Shown one piece after another: positions 56,171 through 64,000 of a stretch of DNA of 64,000 nt; the first letter of the stretch is position 1, and every line of letters begins with the position of its first letter. Both the position numbers and the translations under genes were made by a program. Source of the DNA: Anaerolineae bacterium (GTDB lineage Bacteria; Chloroflexota; Anaerolineae; Aggregatilineales; UBA2796); NCBI GenBank assembly GCA_025055255.1, contig JANWYI010000005.1:38469-102468 (forward strand), given 5' to 3'. The notes beneath the pieces were generated by a model. That model worked only from the letters and a program-made list of their open reading frames with translations, was not told where the DNA came from and searched no databases.

Positions 56171-58165
56171 CTACGGCGTCGGCGTCGCGCGCAGCATCTC
56201 TCGCGTGATCATGACGCCTTCCAGTGCAATGCGGCGCGGCACAGCTCTGCCACTGAGCATGGCGACAACTGCATCTAGTGCCAGTTTGCCGACGCCGCTC
56301 GGATTGCTATCTAGCGAGGCGCGGAAGTAGCGTCTCTCGCGCATCAGACGGCGCGCTTCACTCTCAGCGTCTACACTGATGATGAATAGCGAGTCAGGCG
56401 GTCTGCCTGCAGCTTCTAAGGCTCTGACCGCGCCTAGCGCGCCTGCATCGTTAATGCTGAGCAGCACGTTCACCTCTGGATACGTGCTGAGGATTTCGCG
56501 CATGCTCAGCTCGCCATTTTCGAGAGTACCACCAAGCCAGCGACCAAGAATCTTCGCCCTTGGCGCTAACTGACGCACAGCGTCTTCCATTGCGTTAGAG
56601 CGCTTCAGTACGTCATTAGCGCTTGGAAAGTCCAAAATGGCGACGTTCGCTTCGCTGTTCAACTCAGTGTTGATCAGACGCGCTGCATGCTCGCCGACAG
56701 CTCGACCAATGTCCTCATTAGTCAAGCTCATATTAAGACTATAACGCCCGAAATTGTTGTCGCCGATAACCACTGTGGCAATGCCAGCTGCTTGTGCCTC
56801 TCGCACAGCAGGCGTGATTGACTCGTAGTTGAGCGGACAGATCACGATTGCTTTAGCGCCGCGCGCTACCAAACGCCGCAAGATGATAGGCTGACGGAAT
56901 TCGTCTGCCTGTGAATCTTCCATCTCAACGCGCAAGCCCAGCTGATCGGCGTAGGTGCGAATGGAACTGGCAAGACTGGCATGATAGTCGGTCGAGAGCG
57001 TGCACAACATCACACCGATGAAGCTACCTGCGAGGTATCGACGCGCACGATTGACATCCTCAGGTGAGTTCTTCAAGTCGCTAGGACTGCCAACTTCAGG
57101 GCGCGCTGACTCGTCGGCATACGGCAGCGCAGCAGCGGCAGCTGTGTATGTTGGCACGTTGGGACTGCTTATGTAGTTAGAACTCAGGCTAGGCAGTAGG
57201 ACAAACAGCCCTAAAATCAGGATCAGCGCTGAGGTTACACCTAATCCGAAAAGACGCGGTCGGCTGCGCGCCAGATTGCTCGTGCGCGTTAGGATAGTCC
57301 GTACACTGATTGGATGCGGATGTGTTGGCGCCTGCTGCATGGCAAGGCGAAAATCTTGCGCCAGTTCTAGTGCGCTTTGGTAACGCTGTGCAGGCTGTTT
57401 GTGAATAGCCCTAAGCAAAACACGCTCTACGGCTTGCGGTAGGTCAGTGCGCAGCGCACTTGGACGCGGCGGTTGCCGATTCAAGTGCGCCTGCATCAAG
57501 GCGTAGATTGAGCCGCTTGTGAACGGCGGCTTGCCTGTCACCATCTCATACAACACAATGCCTAAGCTGTATAAGTCGGAGCGGCTATCAGCTCTTCCGC
57601 TCTGAATCACCTCAGGCGCGACGTACATAGGCGTGCCAATCATCGTGCCTGACCTAGTAAGCGTTTTAGCGAGGTCTTCATCGGCGCGCGCTAGACCAAA
57701 ATCGCCCAAGTAGGCGTTCTGCTCCTCATCCAGCAGGATATTGCTCGGCTTGATATCCCGATGGATGACGCCTTTCTGATGCGCGTAGTCCAGAGCGGAG
57801 GCAATTTGCTGAAGCAAATGATCAACCAGCGTGAGCGGCAATGCGCCGCGTGCCTTGATCAGGTCAGCAAGCGTGCCACCTTTCAAATAACGCATGGCGA
57901 GGTAGATGACGCCATCTTCAGTCTTGCCGTATTCGTAGACAGGCACGATATGGCGATGTTCAAGGCGCGCAATGGTCTGCACTTCGCGCGTGAAGCGCTC
58001 TACAAACAGCTGATCGTGTGAGAGCGCGCTGCTTAAAATCTTCACGGCGACTTCACGGCTCATACTCGGCTGCCACGCACGGTAAACATCTGCCATGCCG
58101 CCGTGTCCAAGTCGCGCCACGATCTCATAGTGACCCAACATCTTTCCAATAAATGGATCGTTCAT
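56171..58165 (-). CDS. Hanks-type Ser/Thr kinase-TM-RbsB-like periplasmic sugar-binding domain fusion
   Basis: GHGGMADVY, VAVK, HRDIKPSN, DFGLA, GTPMYVAPE, DLYSLG; TM LFGLGVTSALILILGLFVLL; class I SBP motifs (GAKAIVICP, N..IG...GE, LSINDAGALGAVRAL, ISVDA). Confidence 0.9.
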   Translation of the reverse strand: MNDPFIGKMLGHYEIVARLGHGGMADVYRAWQPSMSREVAVKILSSALSHDQLFVERFTREVQTIARLEHRHIVPVYEYGKTEDGVIYLAMRYLKGGTLADLIKARGALPLTLVDHLLQQIASALDYAHQKGVIHRDIKPSNILLDEEQNAYLGDFGLARADEDLAKTLTRSGTMIGTPMYVAPEVIQSGRADSRSDLYSLGIVLYEMVTGKPPFTSGSIYALMQAHLNRQPPRPSALRTDLPQAVERVLLRAIHKQPAQRYQSALELAQDFRLAMQQAPTHPHPISVRTILTRTSNLARSRPRLFGLGVTSALILILGLFVLLPSLSSNYISSPNVPTYTAAAAALPYADESARPEVGSPSDLKNSPEDVNRARRYLAGSFIGVMLCTLSTDYHASLASSIRTYADQLGLRVEMEDSQADEFRQPIILRRLVARGAKAIVICPLNYESITPAVREAQAAGIATVVIGDNNFGRYSLNMSLTNEDIGRAVGEHAARLINTELNSEANVAILDFPSANDVLKRSNAMEDAVRQLAPRAKILGRWLGGTLENGELSMREILSTYPEVNVLLSINDAGALGAVRALEAAGRPPDSLFIISVDAESEARRLMRERRYFRASLDSNPSGVGKLALDAVVAMLSGRAVPRRIALEGVMITREMLRATPTP

Positions 58166-58251
58166 AGAGCATTTCCAGTGTGCGTGCGATTAATTAATGT
58201 AACATACAGAATAAATTGTCAAACACAACTTGATTGCGCCCTTTTTCACGC

Positions 58252-58280
58252 TTGACAAGCTATCTCAAGCTCCATACACT
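58252..58280 (+). promoter_or_regulatory. Promoter of the T-box/serS leader
   Basis: TTGACA(58252-58257)-N17-TACACT(58275-58280). Confidence 0.75.
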
Positions 58281-58300
58281 TTCAAGCGATTATACCGATA

Positions 58301-58558
58301 ACGACTCTGAAGCAGCCTAGTAAGCGTCACGCGCTTTTCAGAGAGCTGCCGTCTGCTGCGAGGCAGTATGCGCGCCGCTGAAGTCCACTGCTGATACGTC
58401 GGCTGCCGAAAAGGCACGCATGCGCCGTTAAGGCAGTCCGTGTGCGCACGTTACAGCGCCTAATGAGATCGCAGCCATGTGCTGTGAAGTCAGGTGGCAC
58501 CGCGAGTCCCTCTCGCCCTGATGCGCCCGTGTGCGCACTGCGGCGCGAGGGATTTTTT
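58301..58558 (+). ncRNA. T-box riboswitch, Ser specifier (UCC), transcriptional attenuation type
   Basis: Stem I with AGCAG/CTGCT, loop-E TAGTA/GAA, CAGAGAG and GCTGCGA distal motifs; specifier TCC at 58384-58386; T-box AAGTCAGGTGGCACCGCG (58487-58504); antiterminator TCAGG/CCTGA; terminator ending CGCGAGGGATTTTTT. Confidence 0.92.
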
Positions 58559-58583
58559 GCATCCGCAGTCAGGAGAAAGAGAC

Positions 58584-59996
58584 ATGCTCGATATCAACTT
58601 AATCCGTGAACAGCCTGAGTTCGTCAAGGCACGCCTTGCCACGCGCCACGACGAAACACTTGCCGCGCGTGTAGACGCTATCCTTGAGCTGGATCAGCGC
58701 CGCCGCGCTCTGCTCGTGCAAGGCGAGACGTTACAAGCAGAGCGCAACAAGCTCAACAAAGCGCTCGGACGCATGAAAGGCAACCGCAACCTGAGCCTCG
58801 CTGCGCAAGCCTACGCCATACAAGAAGCCGTGCGCGCCATCCAAGCCGAAGATTTCGCGCGCGCCGCTGATCTGCTCGCCAATCCGCCAGCTGATGTCCC
58901 TGATTCGAATGCGCAGCCTAACCTGAGTGCGCTCACAGAAGCCTTGCGCAGCATTGGCGACAAGGTCGAGGCGCTGAGCAGGCAAGCTGAGGCAGTTGAG
59001 GCGGAAATGCGCGAACACATGCTGTGGTTGCCTAATTTGCCGCATGACTCTGTACCACTTGGCGTCACTAGCGAAGACAATCCAGTCAGTGAACCGAACG
59101 GTAGCTTGCCAACTTTCACTTTCGCGCCTAAGCCACATTGGGAACTCGGTCCGGCGCTGGGCATTATTGACCTTGAGCGCGGCGCCAAGCTGAGCGGCTC
59201 ACGCTTCTACGTGCTGAAAGGCATGGGCGAGCGCTTGCAACGCGCCTTGATCAATTTCTGTCTCGATCAGCACACGGCGAACGGCTATACAGAGCTGTAC
59301 TTGCCGTTCCTCGTCAAAGAAGAGATGCTCTACGGCGCAGGGCAGTTTCCGAAGTTCCGTAATGAGATTTACACTGATCCTGATGCAGCGCTGTACCTCT
59401 TGCCAACGGCTGAGGTAGCGATCACCAACTTGCATCGTGACGAAATCTTGAGCGCAGCCGATTTGCCGCTCTACTATGTAGCTAACACGCCGTGCTGGCG
59501 CCGCGAGGCGACCAGTGCCGGACGCGACGTGCGCGGCATCAAGCGCGTCCACCAGTTTCAGAAAGTCGAGCTTTACAAGTTCACCACGCCTGAGCGCAGC
59601 TACGCAGAACATGAGGCAATGCGCGCCGATGTGGAACGGCTCTGTGCAATGCTGGAAATTCCCTACCGCGTCGTCACGCTCTGCACAGGCGACCTTGGCT
59701 TCGGCATGGCGAAAACCTATGACATCGAAATGTACGCTGCAGGCTGCGGCGAGTGGCTTGAAGTCTCGTCAATTTCAAACGCTGAGGCATTCCAAGCGCG
59801 CCGCGCCATGATCCGCTACCGTCCTGAGAGTGGCGGCAAGGTTGAGTACGTCCATACGCTGAATGGCTCTGGCTTAGCCATGCCGCGCGTGATCATCGCT
59901 ATCCTAGAGAACTTCCAACAAGCAGATGGCAGTGTGGTCGTGCCGAAAGTCTTGCGTCCGTACATGGGCGGCTTGGAAGTCATCACGCCGCGCTAG
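58584..59996 (+). CDS. serS: Seryl-tRNA synthetase with an enlarged N-terminal arm
   Basis: MLDINLIR, PNLPH, GSRFY, LLPTAE, CWRREA, RVHQF.KVE, EVSSISN...FQARR, HTLNGSGLA; AGGAG RBS before ATG 58584. Confidence 0.97.
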   Translation: MLDINLIREQPEFVKARLATRHDETLAARVDAILELDQRRRALLVQGETLQAERNKLNKALGRMKGNRNLSLAAQAYAIQEAVRAIQAEDFARAADLLANPPADVPDSNAQPNLSALTEALRSIGDKVEALSRQAEAVEAEMREHMLWLPNLPHDSVPLGVTSEDNPVSEPNGSLPTFTFAPKPHWELGPALGIIDLERGAKLSGSRFYVLKGMGERLQRALINFCLDQHTANGYTELYLPFLVKEEMLYGAGQFPKFRNEIYTDPDAALYLLPTAEVAITNLHRDEILSAADLPLYYVANTPCWRREATSAGRDVRGIKRVHQFQKVELYKFTTPERSYAEHEAMRADVERLCAMLEIPYRVVTLCTGDLGFGMAKTYDIEMYAAGCGEWLEVSSISNAEAFQARRAMIRYRPESGGKVEYVHTLNGSGLAMPRVIIAILENFQQADGSVVVPKVLRPYMGGLEVITPR

Positions 59997-60007
59997 GTGC
60001 TATTCGC

Positions 60008-61108
60008 CTATGGCTGCGCTGAGCGCCTACGGCGCAGCCATGCGCGCAAACGCGGCATGGCGCGCATGTAAAGCCAGTAGAGCAGCGGCAACGGCGCGTA
60101 GTCCCATGCGCCGATATGCCATGTCAACATGCCGCCATAATCGCGTTTGAACAGCCAGACATTCCAGAGCGGATCGGATTGGTCGAAGTGTGTCGGCGCG
60201 CCCCACATATCGTAGATCGTGAAGCCATGCGCTTTTGCCCAGCGTATGGCTTCCCACTGCAGTGCATCAGCAGGCATCAGCTTGCGCAGCTCGTTATCTG
60301 AGGTAGACGCGCCGTTAAAGTATAGACACTTTTGTCCAAAAGCCAGCAAGACCACGTGCGCTGCCATTTGACCGTTCACCTCAGCGATGAAGGCGTGCGC
60401 TAAGCCTTCTGCCATCAGACTGCGCCATTCGTCGAGGTAGTATTCAGCAGGTCGCGTCAGGAAGTTGTTACGCCTGCCTGTCTCAAGGTAGAGCGCGACC
60501 ATTGCAGGTAAGTCTTCAGGCGTCGCCGTGCGAATTGTCACGCCATGACGGACGCCATAGCGCACCTTGCGGCGCTTATTCTGAGTCATCGCGGCGAGCA
60601 GCTCATCCTCTGAGCGCCTCAGGTCAATCAGCACAGTGTTTTTAAACTGGACTTGCTCAGGCGAGAAGCGCCAGCCGCGCTGTCTCAACAGCGCAACCAC
60701 TGCTGCGCCATTTGGATCATCGCGCCATGAATCAGTCTTCGGCTCACCTGTGTGCTGCACCACATCAGGATCGATCTTGAGCTGCAGAGCAAAATGACGC
60801 CGTGCTAAGCATTCTAGGTCGCTCAGCACTTGTTCTAACAGTTCGTGATCGGTGTAATCGAGCAGCGGCGCCTTCGGCGCATACAACACGCGCAAAATAC
60901 CGACTCGTTTCACCAGAACCATTGCCGCAGCACAAGTTGTGCCGTCTGAAGCGCGCCAAATGAGCTTCTCTGGCTGCCAGCCCGTGTTGCGCCGCTTGAA
61001 ATTTCCCCAAGCTGCCGTTTGCAACGGATGTGCGCATGGCAGTTGCCTGATCGTCTCATCCCACGCCCTGTCAGAGCCGTCAAAGCGCACCAAAGTGAAG
61101 CCGCTCAT
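60008..61108 (-). CDS. FemAB/FemX/MurM-family aminoacyl-tRNA-dependent peptidoglycan bridge ligase
   Basis: HPLQT.AWG.FK, YAPKAPLLDY, TV.IDL..SEDELL..M....R..VR, Y.NGAS, W.AI.WAK, YDMWG, FK..YGG; ATG 61108 overlaps the upstream stop. Confidence 0.9.
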   Translation of the reverse strand: MSGFTLVRFDGSDRAWDETIRQLPCAHPLQTAAWGNFKRRNTGWQPEKLIWRASDGTTCAAAMVLVKRVGILRVLYAPKAPLLDYTDHELLEQVLSDLECLARRHFALQLKIDPDVVQHTGEPKTDSWRDDPNGAAVVALLRQRGWRFSPEQVQFKNTVLIDLRRSEDELLAAMTQNKRRKVRYGVRHGVTIRTATPEDLPAMVALYLETGRRNNFLTRPAEYYLDEWRSLMAEGLAHAFIAEVNGQMAAHVVLLAFGQKCLYFNGASTSDNELRKLMPADALQWEAIRWAKAHGFTIYDMWGAPTHFDQSDPLWNVWLFKRDYGGMLTWHIGAWDYAPLPLLYWLYMRAMPRLRAWLRRRRSAQP

Positions 61109-62145
61109 GCGCCTTTTCTCAGCTGTCGCTGTACGTACCACATATAGAGCGCATAGGCGACGCGATTGTTCACCAAGTCCCACGCACCGACGCTGCGCCG
61201 CACCTCGCCGCCAAAGCCGCGCTTAAATTTGTAGACGCCCCACAAGCCGTCATCACGCTTTTCAAACTCTGCCTCTAGAGTTGTCTCATCTGCATCAGGA
61301 ATGCCCCATAGGTCGTAGCGCCGCGCGCCGTGCACCTTTGCCCAGCGAATGGCTTCCCATTGTAGGATGTACGTCGGCATTCGGTTGCGCTCAGCATCAG
61401 AAGACGCGCCGTAAAAGTAGTAAGCGTTCTCGCCACAGCGGAAGATCATCGCACCTGCTAGGTCTTGCCGATTGTAAGAGGCAATTAGCAGGACAACCTC
61501 GCCGCTTGGCGCAAAGGCTTGGTAGGCGCTCTGATAGTACTCAGGCGGACGTGCATAGAAGCCGTCGCGCTGCGCTGTCAGCTGCATCAGCTCGCCAAAG
61601 CGCAGCGCGTCTGTTGCGTCGCCATGCCGCACAGTGACTTCCTTTTTTTGCCCAAGACGGCACTTGTAGCGCGTAGACTGGTTCATCCGCTTGAGGATAT
61701 CTTCCTCAGTGCCGCTCAGGTCTAGCACAATGGTGCGCGGCACTTGGACAGTTTGAGGTGAGTGACGCAAGCCTGCTTGAATCAGGCGTTCGGGCAGGTC
61801 AGGGCGTGGACGATACCAGTTGCAGGGCTCAAACTTGATGAAAGTGGCGCCACAGCGTCGCAGTGCCTGCCACAAGAGCGCGTTAGCCGACTCATCTTCG
61901 CTGAAGAGCGGTGCCGCAGGCGCATAAGCGCGTACACCTAAGCGCAGCGGCAAGCGCCGTAACAGCAGTTGCACTCCTGCTGTCACTCTGCCCGACTCAT
62001 TCGCAACAGCAATGCGCTGTGGTCGCCAACCGAAATGACTTTGATGATCGCCCCATGCTGAGAGCTGTAGCACGTGCGCGTCAGGATGAGCGCGCACGAA
62101 AGCATCCCAGTCAGCGGCACTTGGCGTGAAGACAAGATAAGGCAT
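61105..62145 (-). CDS. FemAB/FemX/MurM-family aminoacyl-tRNA-dependent peptidoglycan bridge ligase
   Basis: HVLQLSAWG, TIVLDL..TEEDIL.RM....RY, YYFYGASS, LQWEAIRWAK, YDLWG, GVYKFKRGFGG; extended -10 TGcTATAAT at 62154-62162. Confidence 0.9.
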   Translation of the reverse strand: MPYLVFTPSAADWDAFVRAHPDAHVLQLSAWGDHQSHFGWRPQRIAVANESGRVTAGVQLLLRRLPLRLGVRAYAPAAPLFSEDESANALLWQALRRCGATFIKFEPCNWYRPRPDLPERLIQAGLRHSPQTVQVPRTIVLDLSGTEEDILKRMNQSTRYKCRLGQKKEVTVRHGDATDALRFGELMQLTAQRDGFYARPPEYYQSAYQAFAPSGEVVLLIASYNRQDLAGAMIFRCGENAYYFYGASSDAERNRMPTYILQWEAIRWAKVHGARRYDLWGIPDADETTLEAEFEKRDDGLWGVYKFKRGFGGEVRRSVGAWDLVNNRVAYALYMWYVQRQLRKGA

Positions 62146-62189
62146 GGTCGAGCATTATAGCACACCATGCCTCTAACGAAGCGCAGTAG

Positions 62190-62498
62190 CTAGATCAGGA
62201 TTTGCAGGTCGTCGCCCTCAACGCGCACGTCAAAGCGCTCGACATCTTGTGTAGCTGGCATGGAGAGCGCCTTGCCTGTGCGAATGTCAAAACGTGCGCC
62301 GTGACGCGGACACTCAATCTCAAACTCGTGAAGTTCGCCTTCAGCAAGCGGACCGTCATCATGTGTACAGACATCTTCAATGGCGTAGTACGTCCCGCCG
62401 ACGTTGAAAATGGCGATGTAGCGCTCCTTGACCTCGACGACGATCCGCTCGCCAGACGGTACATCGGCTACTTTTGCCACCGTGACGTATTCAGGCAT
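62190..62498 (-). CDS. Rieske-type [2Fe-2S] ferredoxin
   Basis: CTHDDGPL.EG and ECPRHGARFDIRTG. Confidence 0.93.
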   Translation of the reverse strand: MPEYVTVAKVADVPSGERIVVEVKERYIAIFNVGGTYYAIEDVCTHDDGPLAEGELHEFEIECPRHGARFDIRTGKALSMPATQDVERFDVRVEGDDLQILI

Positions 62499-62577
62499 TG
62501 CAAGAATCGCTCCGACTGTTCAGATTTCAGCGAATGCCTCAATCTTAACGTCTGTAGCGCGAGCAGCCAACTGTGAG

Positions 62578-63480
62578 CTAGTCTGCAGCACCTTCCCGAC
62601 GCTTCCTGCGGCGCTCCATCAGTTTAGCGGCAATGCGCCCTAGCTTCTGATGGTGCTTGATCAGCCGCAGTTGTGCCTCGCGCGCACGCGCGAGCGTCGG
62701 CTCAAGCCGATCAATGCCCCAGTAGCGCCATAGCGCGTCAATAACTTGTGTGTAGTACTCAGCTGGACCGTAGTTCGCCTTTGCCGCAAGCAGCTCAGCA
62801 CGCTCTTGATAGTTCGGCATGCCGCTGCCGGGCATCTCAAACTTCATGATGACTTCTGCCAATGGATAGACATAGTTTGGCTCGACTTCTAGATGGTACT
62901 TGACGGCGTCGCGGTAGAACGCCATGTGAAGCGTCTCATCTTTCGCTAGACGCCGCAAGGCACGCGCAAGGCGCGGGTCTTCCTGCTCGGCAACGTCAGC
63001 CACGCGCAGGTAGAAAGTTTGCGTTGCCAACTCTTGAATGGCTGTGTAAGCAATGGCGCCGAAATGCGAGTCTATGTTAGTTGCCCAACCTTGCCGAATC
63101 ACGCTCTTACGCAAAGCGGAACGGCGCTTCGGATCGCCGTTGCCGCCAAGCAACAGGTACGTTTCCAGCAACAGCGCGTGCTGATCTTCCTCAGAAGTCC
63201 ATGTGTGCAGGAAGTCAATCATCACGCTCAGCGAGCCGCGAAAGGCTGCGTACAAATGCGTGGTGAACCATGGTAGGTTCACTTCGGTCAGCATTGCTGT
63301 CTCAACAGCTGTGTAAACCACAGGTGAGAGCTGCGGAATGCTCTCAGGATTCGCTTTCAGCTCGTCGAGCGGCAAGTACTCGCTATAAGACCAGTCAATG
63401 CGCTTAGCGCGCTCATGGTGCGCATCGTATAGGCTGCGTAATTTTGGTTCTAGTGAAGGAATCAAGTGTGCAAGCGACAT
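62578..63480 (-). CDS. Soluble di-iron acyl-ACP desaturase-like protein (ferritin-like, DesA type)
   Basis: TEVNLP.F, WT.EEDQH, QELAT, KDETLH, F.MPG: the full di-iron ligand set. Confidence 0.85.
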   Translation of the reverse strand: MSLAHLIPSLEPKLRSLYDAHHERAKRIDWSYSEYLPLDELKANPESIPQLSPVVYTAVETAMLTEVNLPWFTTHLYAAFRGSLSVMIDFLHTWTSEEDQHALLLETYLLLGGNGDPKRRSALRKSVIRQGWATNIDSHFGAIAYTAIQELATQTFYLRVADVAEQEDPRLARALRRLAKDETLHMAFYRDAVKYHLEVEPNYVYPLAEVIMKFEMPGSGMPNYQERAELLAAKANYGPAEYYTQVIDALWRYWGIDRLEPTLARAREAQLRLIKHHQKLGRIAAKLMERRRKRREGAAD

Positions 63481-63699
63481 GTAGCTACGTCCTTTGACTC
63501 TCTAGGTTGTTAGTTGACTTAGCTGACATACCTTTTGAGCGTTGTGCGCTTGGCGCTCTTAGCGTATGCGGACAGGTATGCGAATGCTCAGGTCATTTAG
63601 AGTAACCCAAGCGCCGATGATTCGTTGCCACTTAGCAGTGGAAGATATGCCGCTGCCAACTGAGCGTCACAGCAGTCAGCCGAAAGTTTTTACCATTTT

Positions 63700-64000
63700 C
63701 TAATGGTAGGCAGGCAAGAGATCGCCGTGTGCCGCGATCAGCTCGTCTACCAGTGACCAGATTTGATCGAGGTCTAGCTCGGCAGCTGTGTGCGGATCGA
63801 GCATGGCGGCATGGTAGACATGCTCGCGTTTGCCTGTCAGCGCGGCTTCCACAGTCAGCGCTTGCACATTGATATTGGTCTGCATGAGCGCGGCTAAATG
63901 TGGCGGCAACGTGCCGACTTTAGTCGGCTGAATGCCATTTTTGTCCACCAGACATGGCACTTCCACACAGCAGCCTTGTGGCAAGTTGTCAATCAGACCG
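63700..64000 (-). CDS. melA: GH4 alpha-galactosidase (MelA-like), C-terminal part only; gene runs off the window
   Basis: GLIDNLP.GCCVEVPCLVD.NGI.P...G.LP..LAAL..TNINVQ.LTVEAAL......YHAAMLDPHT. Confidence 0.85.
   Translation of the reverse strand, partial: GLIDNLPQGCCVEVPCLVDKNGIQPTKVGTLPPHLAALMQTNINVQALTVEAALTGKREHVYHAAMLDPHTAAELDLDQIWSLVDELIAAHGDLLPAYH

Noticed and set aside
82-63276. The many short or overlapping ORFs in the six-frame track (e.g. 3549-3959, 4020-4442, 20494-21117, 53033-53698)
   Set aside because: They are antisense or off-frame shadows of well-supported genes, with no motifs or RBS; expected in GC-rich DNA.
63481-63699. Possible riboswitch in the 219-nt region upstream of the desaturase
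   Set aside because: Only an 8-bp distant inverted repeat (GCGCTTGG 63546-63553 / CCAAGCGC 63607-63614) and a GTATGCG duplication; no recognisable aptamer core or terminator. An Infernal scan would settle it.
1-64000. CRISPR array, tRNA/rRNA, integrase, transposase or IS ends
   Set aside because: No regularly spaced repeat-spacer pattern, tRNA T-arm/cloverleaf or DDE/tyrosine-recombinase motifs found on reading; a tool-based scan could still find small elements.

Overview
Chromosomal window from a GC-rich bacterium. Gene content and protein style (Pro/Thr-rich secreted linkers, FemAB pair, SufR-like regulator, T-box) fit Chloroflexota, probably Anaerolineae-like; this taxonomy is inference. 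About 50 genes can be supported. Housekeeping: argF, leuB, moaB, htpG, etfBA, cobB, rodA-mrdA, rnhB, and serS with a clear Ser (UCC) T-box. There are two surface-glycan blocks (21.3-27.4 kb and 47.5-52.1 kb). Signalling genes include two His kinases, a c-di-AMP cyclase, a REC-GAF-adenylate cyclase and a Hanks kinase. I found no rRNA, tRNA, CRISPR array, integrase or transposase. Best leads: (1) 2.8-13.0 kb holds intact-length ORFs whose key residues are gone: a GH31-like protein lacking both catalytic Asp, a GH38-like protein lacking its nucleophile and Zn ligands, and a DtxR lacking the E105/H106 ligands. They surround PspA and a module of a secreted repeat protein, an OmpR regulator and a His kinase. 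The regulator carries a -1 frameshift, and the module's target promoter has four 11-bp-spaced repeats. (2) A Ser/Thr kinase fused to an extracellular RbsB-type sugar-binding domain heads a kinase-PDZ-pullulanase run, and the pullulanase SD and start codon are sequestered in a hairpin. (3) A promoter-led trio of a ~1070-aa unknown protein, a 4-TM protein and a stand-alone PD-(D/E)xK-type nuclease. (4) An un-annotated DNA-methyltransferase remnant, plus strong GGCC/CCGG avoidance in the stretch I counted. All family calls come from motifs recognised by eye; no database search was run, so novelty is unverified.
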